A stretch of DNA of 63,984 nucleotides, the filler included, from Basidioascus undulatus (taxonomy: Eukaryota): NCBI GenBank assembly GCA_000826855.1. It is 8 parts of 8 records of this genome, joined end to end, with 100 filler letters (N's around TTAATTAATTAA, not from the genome) between each part and the next. Parts side by side here need not be neighbours in the genome. Positions count along the whole stretch, not along the records: positions 37,250 to 42,594 come from JTLS01001952.1; positions 42,695 to 48,070 come from JTLS01001953.1; positions 48,171 to 53,539 come from JTLS01001954.1; 5 more parts are not named here. One strand, written 5' to 3'. The notes under the pieces were generated by a model. That model saw only the letters and a program-made list of their open reading frames with translations. It was not told the origin of the DNA and searched no databases. Positions 38,592 to 51,679 of this stretch are shown piece after piece. The first letter of the stretch is position 1; each line of letters starts with the position of its first letter. Both the position numbers and the translations under genes were made by a program.

Positions 38592-39662
38592 ATGTGCGTC
38601 GCCTTCTTTGCGCTTAACGCACATCCAGAATACCAATTGTACGCATACTGTTCGCATTCCGTTCTTCTCGAGGATATCATTTCCCTCACCTACTTGAACC
38701 CATCTCCAGCGTTCTAGCCGCGAACCGAGATGAGTATCTCGGGCGCGCCACAACTCCAGCCGCCTGGCATGCGTTTGGGCAGACGGGCGAAGAGCAGGTC
38801 GTGTCTGGGGTCGACACGGCGGGCGGGGGGACGTGGCTGGGCATGAGCAAGGACGGGAAGATCGCGGTCCTGTGAGTGAGTCCGCACCTCGCTTCTCGTG
38901 ATCCCGACCATGCCGAACAATCTCCTCCCCACGCAGCACCAACTACACCGAGCCCGCCCCTCCCCAAACTGCACAATACCTCTCCCGCGGCGCGCTCCTG
39001 AAGGACTACCTCCTCTCCCCCTCCACCCCGCTTCCGGACTACCTTGAGCGCGTGGCGTCCACCGGGAGCTCGTACCCCGGGTTCAACCTCCTCGTCGGCA
39101 AGGTGGGCAAGCAACCGCAGCTCGGGTGGGTGTCGAACCGGTCTCGGAGGTGGGCGCTGCTCCTGGACGGGGTGGATGGGATGAGCAACGGGGAGGTGGG
39201 CGCGCGCGGGGAGGGCGAGTGGGAGAAGGTCCGGGTGGGGAGGGAGAAGCTGGAGGAGGTCCTCCAGGCCGTGGAGGATGAAGGAGAGGTCCTGAAGAGG
39301 CTGGAGGAGGTGCTCAGGTGCGCTTCCAGCTCTCCACTCCCTCGGCCTCATCTCCGCTGAACACGCCAGCCGCCTGCAGCCCTCAACTGCCGACCCTGAC
39401 CTCGCGCCTGGACTTCCGGCGCTCCACCCGGATCCCGCCCATCTCCCTCCCCGTCCCCATGCCATCCACCGTCAGCGACCCTTCTGCGGGAGGCGGTGCG
39501 CCCAGGACGCTGTACGGCACGCGGGTCGCCACGTTCGTGCTCGTCACGCATGCGGGGGAGGTCACGTTTGTCGAGCGGGACGTGTATGTGATTGATAAGG
39601 AGACGGGGGAGGCAAGGAGGGGCGATGGGGAGAGGGTGTATCGGTTTAGGATCGATGGATAG
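38592..39662 (+). CDS. TANGO2/NRDE family protein, multi-exon
   Basis: MCVAFF..|LAANRDEYLGR; GGTWLGM; TNY; SRGALLKDYL; YPGFNLLVG; GMSNG; WEKV; YGTRVATFVLV. Confidence 0.93.
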
Positions 39663-40049
39663 GCAGTTGATTTGAGAGGATGGAGGTCGGTAATGTGATT
39701 ACCGATTTGTGACTTCCGTTGGCTCGAACGTTGGCAGCGACGACGCTGCAGTTCCTTGTCAGCGACGCCGCGGCAGCTTCTTGCAATACACCTCCAGACG
39801 TTTATTGTCAGTGTTCAAGTACTCAGCGTTGCGTCATATAACGAGTGGCTTGCCCGATTGCGGGACGACGCGACTGAAATTACATGACGCGCACGCGACT
39901 CGCGCGACAAACCGCGACTCCTCCAACATTTTGGAGGGTCGCCTCCCTTTGCATCCACCGCCATCGTCGCCATCGAGCTTACTCAACTCCCGCACTCACT
40001 CAATCAATCTGATAGCGGGCTACTGACCAGCTCGACCTTTCACCAAGCC

Positions 40050-42594
40050 ATGTCCGCGACGCCGGCGCCGGCGCCGTCGACGATCGCCACTCCCGCCGAG
40101 GTCACCACCCTCCTCGGCCAGTACCGTGCCTCCCCGCCGACCGCGCCGCAGCTCACCGTTCGTCGCGCTCACCTCGTTGCCGATAGTGAGGGGCCTGTAG
40201 CTGATAGTATGGAACGGGGTGCGCAGGAATCGCTACCGAAGCTCTTCGACTTCCTGAACTACTACGGCGGAGACGATGTCCGCAAGGAGGCGCACTGGTT
40301 CACTGAGCGGTGGGAGGCGGAGGGTGGCGGGGCGGTGCGGGAGACTGCGGCTTTCTTGATACGTGAGTGCTTTCTCCTTGTTAGACCGTTTGCACCGGGG
40401 AAGGTTTGGTAGGAGGGGGAGGGGCGGAAGCCGAAGTGGCTTGAGGATGAGGGCCTCCGGGGGTGCAGGCGGGTTCTTGAGACCCAGTGTGCTGGAGGGG
40501 CCAAGCTGCTTGTCAGCTTGCAGGCTGGAAATGGAGAGCTGGGGCTTTCGAATATGTTCGGCTGGTGCCTTAAAGTGGTGCCTCATACGCTCGAGCCAGC
40601 AACTGCAGCTTGGGGATCCGCTACGAGTCAGTGACCAACATGCTGACCTCCTTCTGACCTTTCTTCAATCTAGGGCTGCACGCGTACAACTCGGACGTTG
40701 TCAACAAGTTCAAGTACACGCTCGCCCAGCAACTCGCGCGCGACATCAACGCCGTCAACGGCTATGAGGATGCGAAGTCTCGCTCGCGCATCGCGTGAGA
40801 CTCCGCCGACTTCCCTTTAGCGTGGCTCTGCAGCTTACACAACTTTAACTTCATTCAGATATCTCTGGAACTTCAAGCCAACAACGCTCCAGAACTTCTT
40901 CAACGCTGTTCTCCAGTGGGAGAAGTCCGCGGTCCTTCCCGCACTCTCGTCCGTGCCCGACCTCGCCTCCGTCCCACCCGCACTGCTCTACCACATCTTC
41001 GCCAACATCGACCTCCTCCTCCACCCCGAAATTCGACTGCTCGTCTTTCCGCGCTTGCCCGGCACAGCATGGGCGCCTCCCGCGGTCCCACCCCCTCCCG
41101 GTCTCTTCCTCCTTCTCGCGCTCGACGACGAGCACGCGAAGCGCTGGGCGTGGGAGAGCCTGCACTCTTCCAACTGGCGCGTCATCGGTGTCAAGGACGC
41201 GCAGCGTTACTCCAGGCTCATGTCGGAGCTGTCCAAGGCGCTCGAAGCGATCGATCAGGGTGCTGCGAGCGGCGCGACGCTCCTGCTTGTACACGAGAAG
41301 CGGACCCTCTGGGAAGCTGTCGCTTTCCTCCTCGCAGCGATGGATGCGGACGCGCTTGGCGTGGCGCTGAAGGATAAGGACTCGGACATCGTTCGCTTGG
41401 TGTTGGGACACTTGCATGACCGGGGCGATCGTAAGCTCACGCTCAGCTTCCTCACAGCTCCAGGGCCTTACACTCATCTTTACCCTTACTCAGACTTTCC
41501 TTCTGTGCTCTCCGCGTTCTCCTCTTTGCTCCGGACGTCGTCCGAGCTTTGGGCCCATCCGTCCGTCTCCCGCACCGTCGACAACCTCCGGCGCACCGCT
41601 ACGACCCCGCAGTCAGCGCACTTCGCCCAGGTCATCGTGGACGCCGTGTTCGACAACCCCGCGTACGAGGCGCTTCTGCTCGAGCCTACGCCGCCGGCAT
41701 ACCCGCGGTTCTCGCGCGATGAGGCTCGAGACGTGCCGTGGCCGCTGGCGTGGTGGGAGGACTATGTCCGCAGCGTGTGGGACGCGCCGGTGCTGCGCGA
41801 GGCGCTGGCGAACCTCGCTCGGCGCGGGCTGGAGGAGATGGCGCAGTCGCGTTGGGGCGAGAAGAGGGTCGGGGTACTGGAGAGCATGTTCAAGGTGCGG
41901 CTTGCATGGTCTGTGGGGTTCCCCCAGTATCGCGCTGATGTATTTTCTGTAGATCCTGTCGTTCGTCCACGAGATGACCGCGGGGGAGTTCCCTGTTCGG
42001 CGCCGCGACGCGCTGCACGCTGTACTCGACATCCACTCGCAGACGATCGTCGCCGTCGCGTTCACCAAGGCCTTCGCTGACCCGCTCTGGGCAAGGCCGC
42101 GCTCGCTCGCGCGCGACTTCATCTTAGCCGTGTTCCGACGCGACAGCGCGGCGATGCAGGAGTGCGTCCTGCAGCTTGGCCAGTTCTACACGCCATGGCG
42201 CAGGTGGGACGACGCGAGGGAGCGAGGCAAGGACCGCCCTCGGCCGACCGAGAAGCTCGAGGTTGAGCCGGTCAGGATCGCGAAGTCGCTCTGGGATACC
42301 GCGTACACGGTGCTCGCCAAGGGAGGCACCAGCGCGACCGCCTTCTCGCTCGTCCTCCAAGCCGTCGTCCCCGTCGCGCACATCGAGCCGTTCCGGGAGG
42401 AGATCTACAAGCTCTTGTCTGTACCGACGGCGTATCAGCAGCGGTTCCGCAGCGCGACAAGCGCGATCAACGCCGCTCTCGGGACGGTGCTGGCGCCGTT
42501 CCCGCCGCAGTTCGAGCGCCTCGCGACGCTGTCCAAGCAGGAGCAGCTCGCCGCGCTTCTCGACCAGGAAGCTGTCGCGTCGGCGGCCGTCCAG
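40050..42594 (+). CDS. SEN1: Sen1 helicase N-terminal domain, truncated by the contig end
   Basis: HWF..VRETAAFLIR|LHAYNS..; ALLYHIFAN; PPPGLFLLL..AKRWAW resemble SEN1_N of basidiomycetes. Confidence 0.75.
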
Positions 42595-43121
42595 NNNNNN
42601 NNNNNNNNNNNNNNNNNNNNNNNNNNNNNNNNNNNNNNTTAATTAATTAANNNNNNNNNNNNNNNNNNNNNNNNNNNNNNNNNNNNNNNNNNNNTGTGGA
42701 GCAAAGCATACTGATTGTGTATCCGACAAGCAGTTGCACTCGCAACAAACAGTCCAGCTGCACTCACAGTGGACGAGTATCATGATCCTGTCAGAACGCT
42801 CGCACTTGCTCGCACTGATTTCAGTCAGACTCCCGAACAATCACTGGTACCACGTGCCGCTGCCGCAAGCTGCTCTTACGAGGGAGCGAGGCGCATGCCG
42901 TGTTTCTGCATGTGCTTAGGGATGCAACCCTTTGGGTTGCGTTGCAAGCCCGCTTCACCTCCCTTCAAAACATTATCTTTATTTAAGTCCCGAGCCCCCT
43001 CCACCCCATTCTGTATATCACGTCTGTAGCATGTCGTTCGTGCAGTAACTGCCATTTCGACCAGTCCCTCGATCTCCGCTCCCCAAAAGTTCTGACCTCT
43101 CTGAAGCTCCACCGCTGCACG

Positions 43122-43860
43122 ATGAACCTCACGTCATTCTGTACCGCTCCGATTGTCTGCGACAGCCCCTTGCGCTCTCTCCATTTTTCCAGGGTTGAAG
43201 GGGGTCCCTATGGGCGCTGCGGACCTAGCGACACTATGTCGAGCATCCTGCAATTGGTACAGCTGTTAAACGTAGATTTTCCGCATCTTCGCTCTTTAAT
43301 CTTCAAGCGGATATCTTTCACAGCTGCGGAGAGGTTCTCGCACGCACTTGCCAACCCCCTGTTTAATGGCAACGCGCTGGTCGATCTCCAGCTGATCGAC
43401 AATTACTCTCCGGATCTCGTTGTTGCCCTCGCCACTGGTGCGTCCTACAGAAGCCTCCGTAACCTTGACATCCGCTGTTGGGCCGGGAAACTCTGTCACG
43501 GGAACGACACTAGACGTCTGCTGAGCCTCGCCTCTTTTGTGGCGAAGCAACAAGCTCTTCGTTGCCTTACCTTTGGCACAGACTTCGAGGAATATTATGA
43601 AGCGCTAAAAGGGCGTGACTCTTGGTCTACCAGGGGTAGAGTCGGCATACGGATTCGAAGAGAGTTTGCGCGACGCGACCGAGCATGTTTCCCTTCGGAC
43701 GCTTCCTCATTTTGACACTCTCTGCCTCTGGGTTTACTTTTTCGACCACGCGCGCCTCAAATTCTTGGAACCCCTTTCAAGGACGTTGCTCTACCTGCGG
43801 ACTTGAAGATTTGTATTCTCTACGATGGCATTGAAGACGAGGCGGCGGTCAGTCACCTCC
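43122..43860 (+). pseudogene. LRR-like (F-box-associated type) coding fragment
   Basis: Repeated LxxL segments (FPHLRSLIF, LVDLQL, SLRNLDI, LRCLTF, LRTLKI) with frame breaks. Confidence 0.35.
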
Positions 43861-43945
43861 CTGTTTACCTGCCCGCTATCCACCTCCTGTCATCCTGGAC
43901 CCGTCGTAGAAGCACTCTGACAGACAAATTCTCTCTTCTCCTCCA

Positions 43946-44270
43946 TCAGTGCGCAGAACTTTTTAGTAATAGAGGTATTATCGAGCGAAGGTTCGCATTG
44001 ATGCGGGTCTCAAGCGCGCGGATGTGCTGGCTCGCGGGTGAGCCGCGCTGAAGCGATGCTTCGAGGGACCATAGAAGAGCTTTGATGACGTTTTGCGATT
44101 GCAGTATCATGCGCCGGTAGAGACTAGGCTGGAAGATGCAGTTGAAGGCCTTGCAGACTAGCGACAGGGCGACGCGGGTCGCGAGTGCAGTCTCTTCGTT
44201 ACCGTCCGTTGCGAGCTCAAAGATGTGCAGAAGAATGCTCGACTGGAAGCTCTCTCGAGAGATTGGGGTT
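43946..44270 (-). pseudogene. Frameshifted F-box N-terminus
   Basis: ELPVE[+1 nt]ILLHIFELAT..RVALSLVCKAFNCIFQPSLYRRMIL..ASQHIRAL, followed by a stop. Confidence 0.6.
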
Positions 44271-47261
44271 TACTGCGAGGTGGTGGCGATGTGCGATGGG
44301 AGTGGGGCGGGGGGTAGGCTATGGAAGATATTGGAGAAGGAAGTTGTTCAACATGGCGTCGTTCGGTTTAGCAGCGATCGCCAATCGGACATATCAAAAA
44401 TTTTCTAATACATAAAACTTATCAGAAACTCACTCCAGGGTGTAGCACCGCGCACTCCGTTTGTTCTGACAGCCGGCTTCCGCGAAAAGCTTCTCAGTCG
44501 TGTTCAAAGCTCAGAACAAACTTCCTTTGCCTGAGTCCATTTAGCCGCCGACTTGAAACTTCGGTTGTGGGTGTACTTAGTTCCAACAGCGCGGGAGCTC
44601 GGCCAAGGGTCGGGTCTGTACGATTTTACGAAGCTGCATACTTTCAAAGGGAACAGACTAAGTCCTAGACAATAAGCCCTGTATTGAAAAGGCCGTCTGT
44701 ACCTAACCCAGACACCCCCTTCGCGGTCGTCACTTTGCAGGGTGCCGCAAAGTGCAGTCACGCTCTGAGTTTGGCGACAGACACTAGCCTGAAGGGGGTA
44801 AAAAGAGGAATATAAAGCCAATGCGGCTTCTTACAATAAGGTATTCCTCCAGAAATCAAGTCAACAAAAAGTTTGCAAGGTCTCAAAACTATGCGGGCCA
44901 TGTCAAACTTACACTCTGCATGTCTTCATCCGCTACACAACTACACATCAAAAACGACACTTCACGGATCGTAGACCGTCACGACATTGGCATCCTGGCA
45001 AAGCGGATCAGAGTCTGAGTTTACAGGCGCAGCCTTCCTTGGGAACAAGGCCGTGAGGACGCATGATACCGAAAATGTGATCCCAGTTCAATCCCACAAA
45101 CGTCGAAGACGTCCATGGGACCAGTCCCCGTTCGCATATAGCCCAGTGCCGACCGGGGCGGAGTAGCAAAGTACGGCGACTCGAACACCCCCGCATCGAG
45201 GTGAAACGAGATGTTTTCAGCGAACGTCGAAGCGATCTCGATCCCCTCCGTATGGCGCGTGAAGAACTTGAGTCGGAGTGGCGAGAAGTCGAGGATGGCC
45301 GGAGAGGGGAGCGTAGGGCTCCCCGGTAGGACTCCCAGATAATGTATTGTCTCACCACCCATCCGCCCTGTACAAGCGCTCACAGCCCCCTACGCCTGAA
45401 ACCCCCGCCGTCTCCCAGCTCGAGAAACCGGGACTCACGAATGCGACCTAAACTTTCGCCGGATTTGATGGCGCGTCGGACATTGCAGGAGACTGTCAGC
45501 CAGATGTAACGACAGTCGTCCAACAAACACGGACACACCTTGGAATGCCTGGGCAGGTTTCCACGCGAAGATCTGAAAACACAAGGCAAAATAGCCAGCC
45601 ACATATTCAGCAGTTACTTCGGTGCTAGCTGAAAACTCATAGAGCAGGTACTGCTGTCTGCTGGCGGAGGAGTTGAGGGCAATGAGGCTGACGCTGGGTG
45701 AGGGAAATGGCGAAGGAGACTGTGTGAGTGGGAGGGATGGGAAGGACCACGTCGTCGATGAGATGTGGGAGTATGAGGGCAAGAAAGTAGATCAAGAAAT
45801 ACATAAAGAAGCTGGGGAGGCCAAGGCCCCTTCGAAGGAGATCGACACCGTTCTCCAAGGCCAAACTTCACCGATTCAATCTGCTGATGTCGATGTCCTT
45901 TCCTTCTTCGGTCCCCATCCTTTCCACCACCCCACAAATGATCTCGACAAGAAGCGCAGCGTCTGGGCTTCGCATTTCGCTCAACACCACCCTGCTGTGT
46001 CCTACACTCTGGCCGAGGCTGTAGTCAGCGGGTTCAATGCCTGCCATCTCTCCCTTCCCCTTCCGCAGGGGCTGCCAGGCCCCAGCCCCTTCTGCCAAAG
46101 CGCCTCTTCAGGGGATACCACTTCATTTCAAGCCAATCAAGCAACAACAACAACAATGGCACTGTGGGGAGCTACCCATCCCTGCTCCTGATGCGCCCAT
46201 GTGACTGTCTCCTCGGCAGCAATCGTCAACAAGCAGCAATTGTTAATAAGCAGCTGGTAATAATGTCATGGGAACTAGTTCCCGCTGTCATTGATGGACC
46301 TGTTTGACGGATGTTAGCAGACACCCTGTACGCGTAGGCAGCTGTCCAGAGCCGCGGTTCTGACTGTGAGGGTGCAGAACTCAAGGCGTGCAAATGAATG
46401 AGGACAGCAAAGCATCATTGTTCAATACAATCTCTAGTCTTATTATATAAAAGTGACGATGGATAGGATGGATAGAAGCGCGGCTTCCCCCCGCAGCCCC
46501 CCTCGCCTCCGGCGGCGCTTGCAGCGGGCTCGTTGACCTGCACTCTGGGATGAGATATGGAATGACTAGCCAAATAAAAATCCAAGCATGTGCGGAAAGT
46601 GTACTGCAATCACAGCTGTACTGCGGGGGCTGTGACCGGTGGTCCTCGCCGCCACTTTTGAGGAGTTGTCGATCTACATACAAAATGTATAGACATTGAC
46701 GAGTTTATACTTGTTCGAGTGGGACAGCCACCTATCTATCTCTTCATACGACGTACTTGCAACTGTTTTGGGGGTGCAAGTCCGCCGTCCTGCAACAGCT
46801 AGCCGATCTCTTGCGTCGAGTCTGACCTGCTCTCACCGCAGAATCCATCAACCCACCTTCAGTCGGCAACTACCTGCGCAGTTGCAGCAGCACAGCGGTT
46901 ATCATCAGCCAACACCCTCCCCCTCTAAGCATGTTCCTCAGCACCGCATACGCTTTTCAACAGAAACTGCAATCAAAGCAATCGATGTATGTACAAGTCT
47001 CACACACGACATAATCACAGCGCAAAAAGCGGTGTAAATGTAACAAAACAGGAGGGCGACAAGGCGCAGGATCAGAATAACAAGACGACGCGATGCGTGG
47101 TGTGGGTGTTAGGTGTGAGATGTAGATGCTGCGAATTTTTTGGGTGTGTAGATGGGGAGTGCGGAGTGCGGTACAAAGCGAGTACAAGGCGGGGGCGCGG
47201 GAGGGAACGAGATGGGTCACGAGAAGAGAGAAGACTATGGCGTATATAGCGATGCGAAAAT

Positions 47262-47292
47262 GAGACGAGACGAGACGAGACGAGACGAGACG
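47262..47292. repeat. (GAGAC)n microsatellite
   Basis: About six GAGAC units; the same motif occurs as (GTCTC)n at ~63477-63530 within an intron. Confidence 0.9.
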
Positions 47293-47510
47293 GTGCGGGC
47301 TCCTCCTCCTCCTTTTCCTCCGGGTGTAACGAGCCGAGACGAGATGGGATGGGACGTGTAGCGTGTAGCGTGTAGCGTAGAGAAAGAGGAAGAAGATGAT
47401 AAGTCATGCGCGAGAGGACGATGCGGGTGGGGATGGGGAGTATGGGGGAAGGCAAGGAAAGCGAAGGGAGAAAGGGGAAGACAACGGCGGGGACGGGAAG
47501 GGAAGAGCGA

Positions 47511-48070
47511 TCACTCGTTCCCGATGAGCGGGGCCATGATGGCGCGCACGCTGTCGTCGTCGAGGCCGTGCACGCGGCGGAGGTGCTGGACGAGGTTGTC
47601 TGTTGGCGAGCGCCCACACACGCATCAGCACCGACTTGTCGCTGCAGAGAAAGCTTCACGCGCGCCGACGTACCCTTGCGCTTCGAGCAGAACTCCCTTC
47701 CGCGGTCGTGCTCCAGGGGGCAAGGCCACCTGCTCCCGTCGCCATGCTTGTCGCGCGTGTGGCGCTGGAGGTGGTGCAGTCTTGTGAACGTCTCGCTGCA
47801 CCCCCTCACGTCGCAGGCGTAGGGACGGGGGGCGGGCTCGCCGTTCGCGCTGACGTACGACCTGCGCGAGGGGGCGTGCTGGGGCTCGGACGCGCGGCGG
47901 GGCTTGGACACAGGGATGGAGTACGGCGCGGGGCGCTCGGACGTGTACACTGAGGCGGTGTACTCGAGCGGGACGGGGAACGGCGGGCCGTACGGCGGGT
48001 AGGCGTACGTCGCTGCCGGCGGCGGCGGCGCGGGCGATAGCTCGTAGTGGTGCTGATGCGGGGGGGGGTT
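47511..48070 (-). CDS. C2H2 zinc-finger transcription factor, 3' part
   Basis: RPYACDVRGCSETFTRLHHLQRHTRDKH; WPCPLEHDRGREFCSKRK|DNLVQHLRRVH; ends APLIGNE*. Confidence 0.85.
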
Positions 48071-49727
48071 NNNNNNNNNNNNNNNNNNNNNNNNNNNNNN
48101 NNNNNNNNNNNNNNTTAATTAATTAANNNNNNNNNNNNNNNNNNNNNNNNNNNNNNNNNNNNNNNNNNNNAAGACCGTCTCAGTCCCGGACGTTCGCAGC
48201 CAGCCCGCCGCCCCCTCGCCCCGCCGCCAGCCACTCTCGTCCTCCTCCGCGCCCTCGCCGAGCCTCGTGCCCCAGCAGCGCAGCAGGCCAGACGACGCGC
48301 CGCCTGGAGGCGCAGGGCGGAGCAGCCGCAGGCGCGTGGAACCCTCTTCCGCGTCCGCGTCGCCCTCACACGCTTTGGGCCTCCACGGGATGGGCGTCGG
48401 GATGGGGCCGGGTCCGGTAGCTGCGGGGGTAGGGGACCTTTGACTTTGTTTGATAGACGGACATCGTCGCGAACTTGTGCCTGCATATCTTATTTTCTCG
48501 CTTCATTCTGCTTGACTGATCTTCACAGCTTGGCCGCTTGAACTGGGACAGACTGGATGAGAAGAGCTCGCTTGCTCGGCCCTTGGGAAGCTATGAATTA
48601 CTGCGTATACTGTCGCCAACGCATGAGCAAAATAGCAGGAAACAAAGAGCGTGGAGCATATTGCTTCACGTCGTTGCTCCTGTGATTAAATGCGACTTTC
48701 CAGGCGAACCTCATTGGACGCTATCTACTTCCATTTGCATTGAAACAACGGATTCTCCAATCGCACCTCAAACAGTGTGTCCTTCTCTGTGAAGACTGGA
48801 GAGCGTACTGAGGCGAATCCCTGCTGCTGTGGACTTACACACCACACCCAAGTCTTGTCCTGGATAACAAGGGCGATCGAGCTGAATCGCTTTCGCCATT
48901 GGTTAAGCCCCGGAGAACACTTGAACCCATGCAGCTCGGAGCGACCTGCATGCAAGACTGAGCTGTGTGGCGGTTTCACCAATCTGGCACACTAGCGTTG
49001 TGGATTTGCCCGGCCAGCTTTGCATTGAATACCAGGTCAGGCTCGAATATCATTCAGTACTGCGACACAGTAGCTTCGTCACAGATACTCCGGTCTCTTA
49101 GCGTGAACGAGTGGGCGCCACTCACTCCGGTCGAGGATAATGGCTTAGCCAGACCGGCGAAAAGCTCGCACGTTGCACGGCCTGATTGACTTACATGTAA
49201 ACAACCAGCTACACTGCCGACGGCTACGCCGAAGTATGGGTTTATAGCTACGACGTTGCTGCCTGCCACATTCAGGCACTGGCTTCACCAAGCTCCACAC
49301 TATCCAAATGAGCTTGCAATACACAGCTTCTTCGGAACCCTACCGGAACTTCGAGGCAATACACCTCTGGTCTATGTACAGCTGAGATGGGGCGGGCGAC
49401 TGACCCCTATCTTTCACTCTTTCTCCGTCGTTGGGAGTGAGCGCCGCTCGCTCCGTATCAGAGGTCGTTCGGACCGTGCCAGTCTAATGCTCTGTCTTCC
49501 AAGGAATTGAGGGGTCATGTGTGCGAGGGGCGTCGACCACATGACCGTTGCGGACGAGCAGCACATGGAGCGTGATGTCGAGCAAGAAACAGGCACAAGC
49601 TGTCTGTTCTATCTGTCGTCTATAAAAGACTGCCTCTGGACGCTTGTTCTCTCTTCTCAACGTCTTACACTGCTTTTTCAATCGGTTCCACAGACCAGAC
49701 TACCGCCGCACCCTCACACCTCGCAAT

Positions 49728-50379
49728 ATGCGCTACATCCTTACTCTGGCTGCCCTCGCCGGCGTGGTCGCTGCCGACATCATCACCGTGCAGAAGACGA
49801 CTTTCTCTTGCGGTCCGCCATTTCACCAAGAGTCTTTTGGGAGGACATGCCAGTTGCTGACTCGAGATCGGAACACGAGCAGGCGTCCGTGGTGACTTTG
49901 GCAACGACTGCCCTTGCTTCAACGTCCTTTTCACCGACGGGGAGGGCAGCCAGTTCAAATCGGACTGCTACCCCTGCTGCCTCGGAATGTGGCAGAATCA
50001 GCCCACTAACAGCCCAATCCAACTTGTCAGTCTTTTCAAGTCCCTTGTTTTGCTACCTTACAATGGTCGCTGAAAGTCCACATACATGGTCACAGGGGGG
50101 CGGCTACAGGTTTGCTTCGGACGGCACGAATGCCATAATGACCAGCGGTGATGGGAAGTAAGTGTTTATTTGCTCCAAACGACATTGAATATTGAACGGG
50201 AATGCTCCTGCTTCGCTTCCGTTGATCGCCCTTTCCCTTCCCTTGGCAGGTACCATGCAAGCTGCAACCTGGGCGGGGAGAGCTCTTTCGGAACGTACAC
50301 ATGCAATCTTGTAAGCATTGTTTTTCTGTTACTTCTTTTCAACGGAACTCATATGAACGCTGTCCAGAACGTCGGGTAA
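49728..50379 (+). CDS. Small secreted cysteine-rich protein (~120 aa, 8 Cys, 5 exons)
   Basis: Signal peptide MRYILTLAALAGVVAA. Four phase-consistent GT-AG introns give ..FSC|GVRGDFGNDCPCFNVLF..SDCYPCCLGMW..|GGGYRF..GK|YHASCNL..YTCNL|NVG*. Confidence 0.8.
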
Positions 50380-51679
50380 ACCGACGTCTGTTAAACTCGC
50401 AACTCGGTGGATTGCTCTGTGCATTGACTTGCATTCACATTCAACTTCGAGATGCCTAATTTTTTTTCCCTGTTTCAGTGTGACGCATATTTCGGCCGTT
50501 CGTTTCCGATTTGAATCCAAATGGAGGCATTATGAAACTACACCATTGTTCAGCAAGCGGCTGCAACGGCTTGCAGCCTTCAGCGACGATATCGCGGAAG
50601 TCAACCTGTGGAGCAACCGTGACATTGCTCCCGGAAGCGTTGCCAGATGAGCCTTCAACAAGAAGAGGAGTACTAGGTTGCGGACAATTTTGGAAGGGAA
50701 CTTTCTGACATGGGCGCTTGGGAAGAGCTGGTCGACCGTTCCGGAATAGAGCTGTGCGATGCAGAGGATGTGACTGAAGGGCACTATGTGAAGAGGCAAC
50801 TTCTTGTGAAGGCCCTCTTGCATGTGGGGGTCCCTGGACTGGCCTGAACATTCCCAACCGAGTCTTTAGCTGATGACGCTGAGCGGGTTGTGATCTTGCT
50901 TTCCCCAAGCCAGGGCGTGTATTTGACCCCCGGTGCACAAGCACAGAACACCCTCACCTAACCGTGCCCTCAATTGTCTTGTCTTGTAACCCCACGCTTC
51001 GCCTTTCAAATATTCCAAAAAACCTCTACAATAGCCTTCCGCAATGCACATTCCGGTCGATCATTGATCTGCTCGCGCTTCGCCCTGAATGCACACGCTT
51101 CCAGGGGCGGTTGAAGCTGTTCACAGACGGGGGTGGACCACCAACCCCTCCAGGGAGTTGGTGCAACTTTCTCCTTCCACCACTTCCACCACTTACACCC
51201 TTCCCACCGAATCTTTCCGGCGGCCCGGACGACAACTGTGCGAAATCGAACCACAGCGCCGACGTTGCGGACCAACGGGCGCATCCACGACAGAGTTCAA
51301 CCCGAATAGCGACAATTAGTGGGACAAGAGTGTGTATTTGCCCAACTGTCTGATGAGGTAGTGTTGATATGTGTGCGACCGGTAAATGGTAGGGGAGGCG
51401 TCAGAGTCGACGTAGCCGCGACTTGGGACTCGCTGCTGTGTCGCAACTTCGGAAGTTCTCTGCATTTCCACAAGGGTACGTAATTTTTTTTCTTCAAGTT
51501 GAGAACCGCTAGATGTTCACATTTGTGAAGCTTATCGTACTCCCACAAGGTACTCAAGACTCTTTGGCGCTTGAAGAGCAAAGTCACGTGACCACCCAAA
51601 ACCTCGGCGGCAAGTTCGGTGCGTCTTCCTGCCTACATCTTTACTCGCTTTCTACATTATCTACACAAACGCATTCACG

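Noticed and set aside
49728..50379. Hydrophobin assignment for the 8-Cys secreted protein
   Set aside because: Only one CC doublet; the spacing does not fit C-CC-C-C-CC-C.
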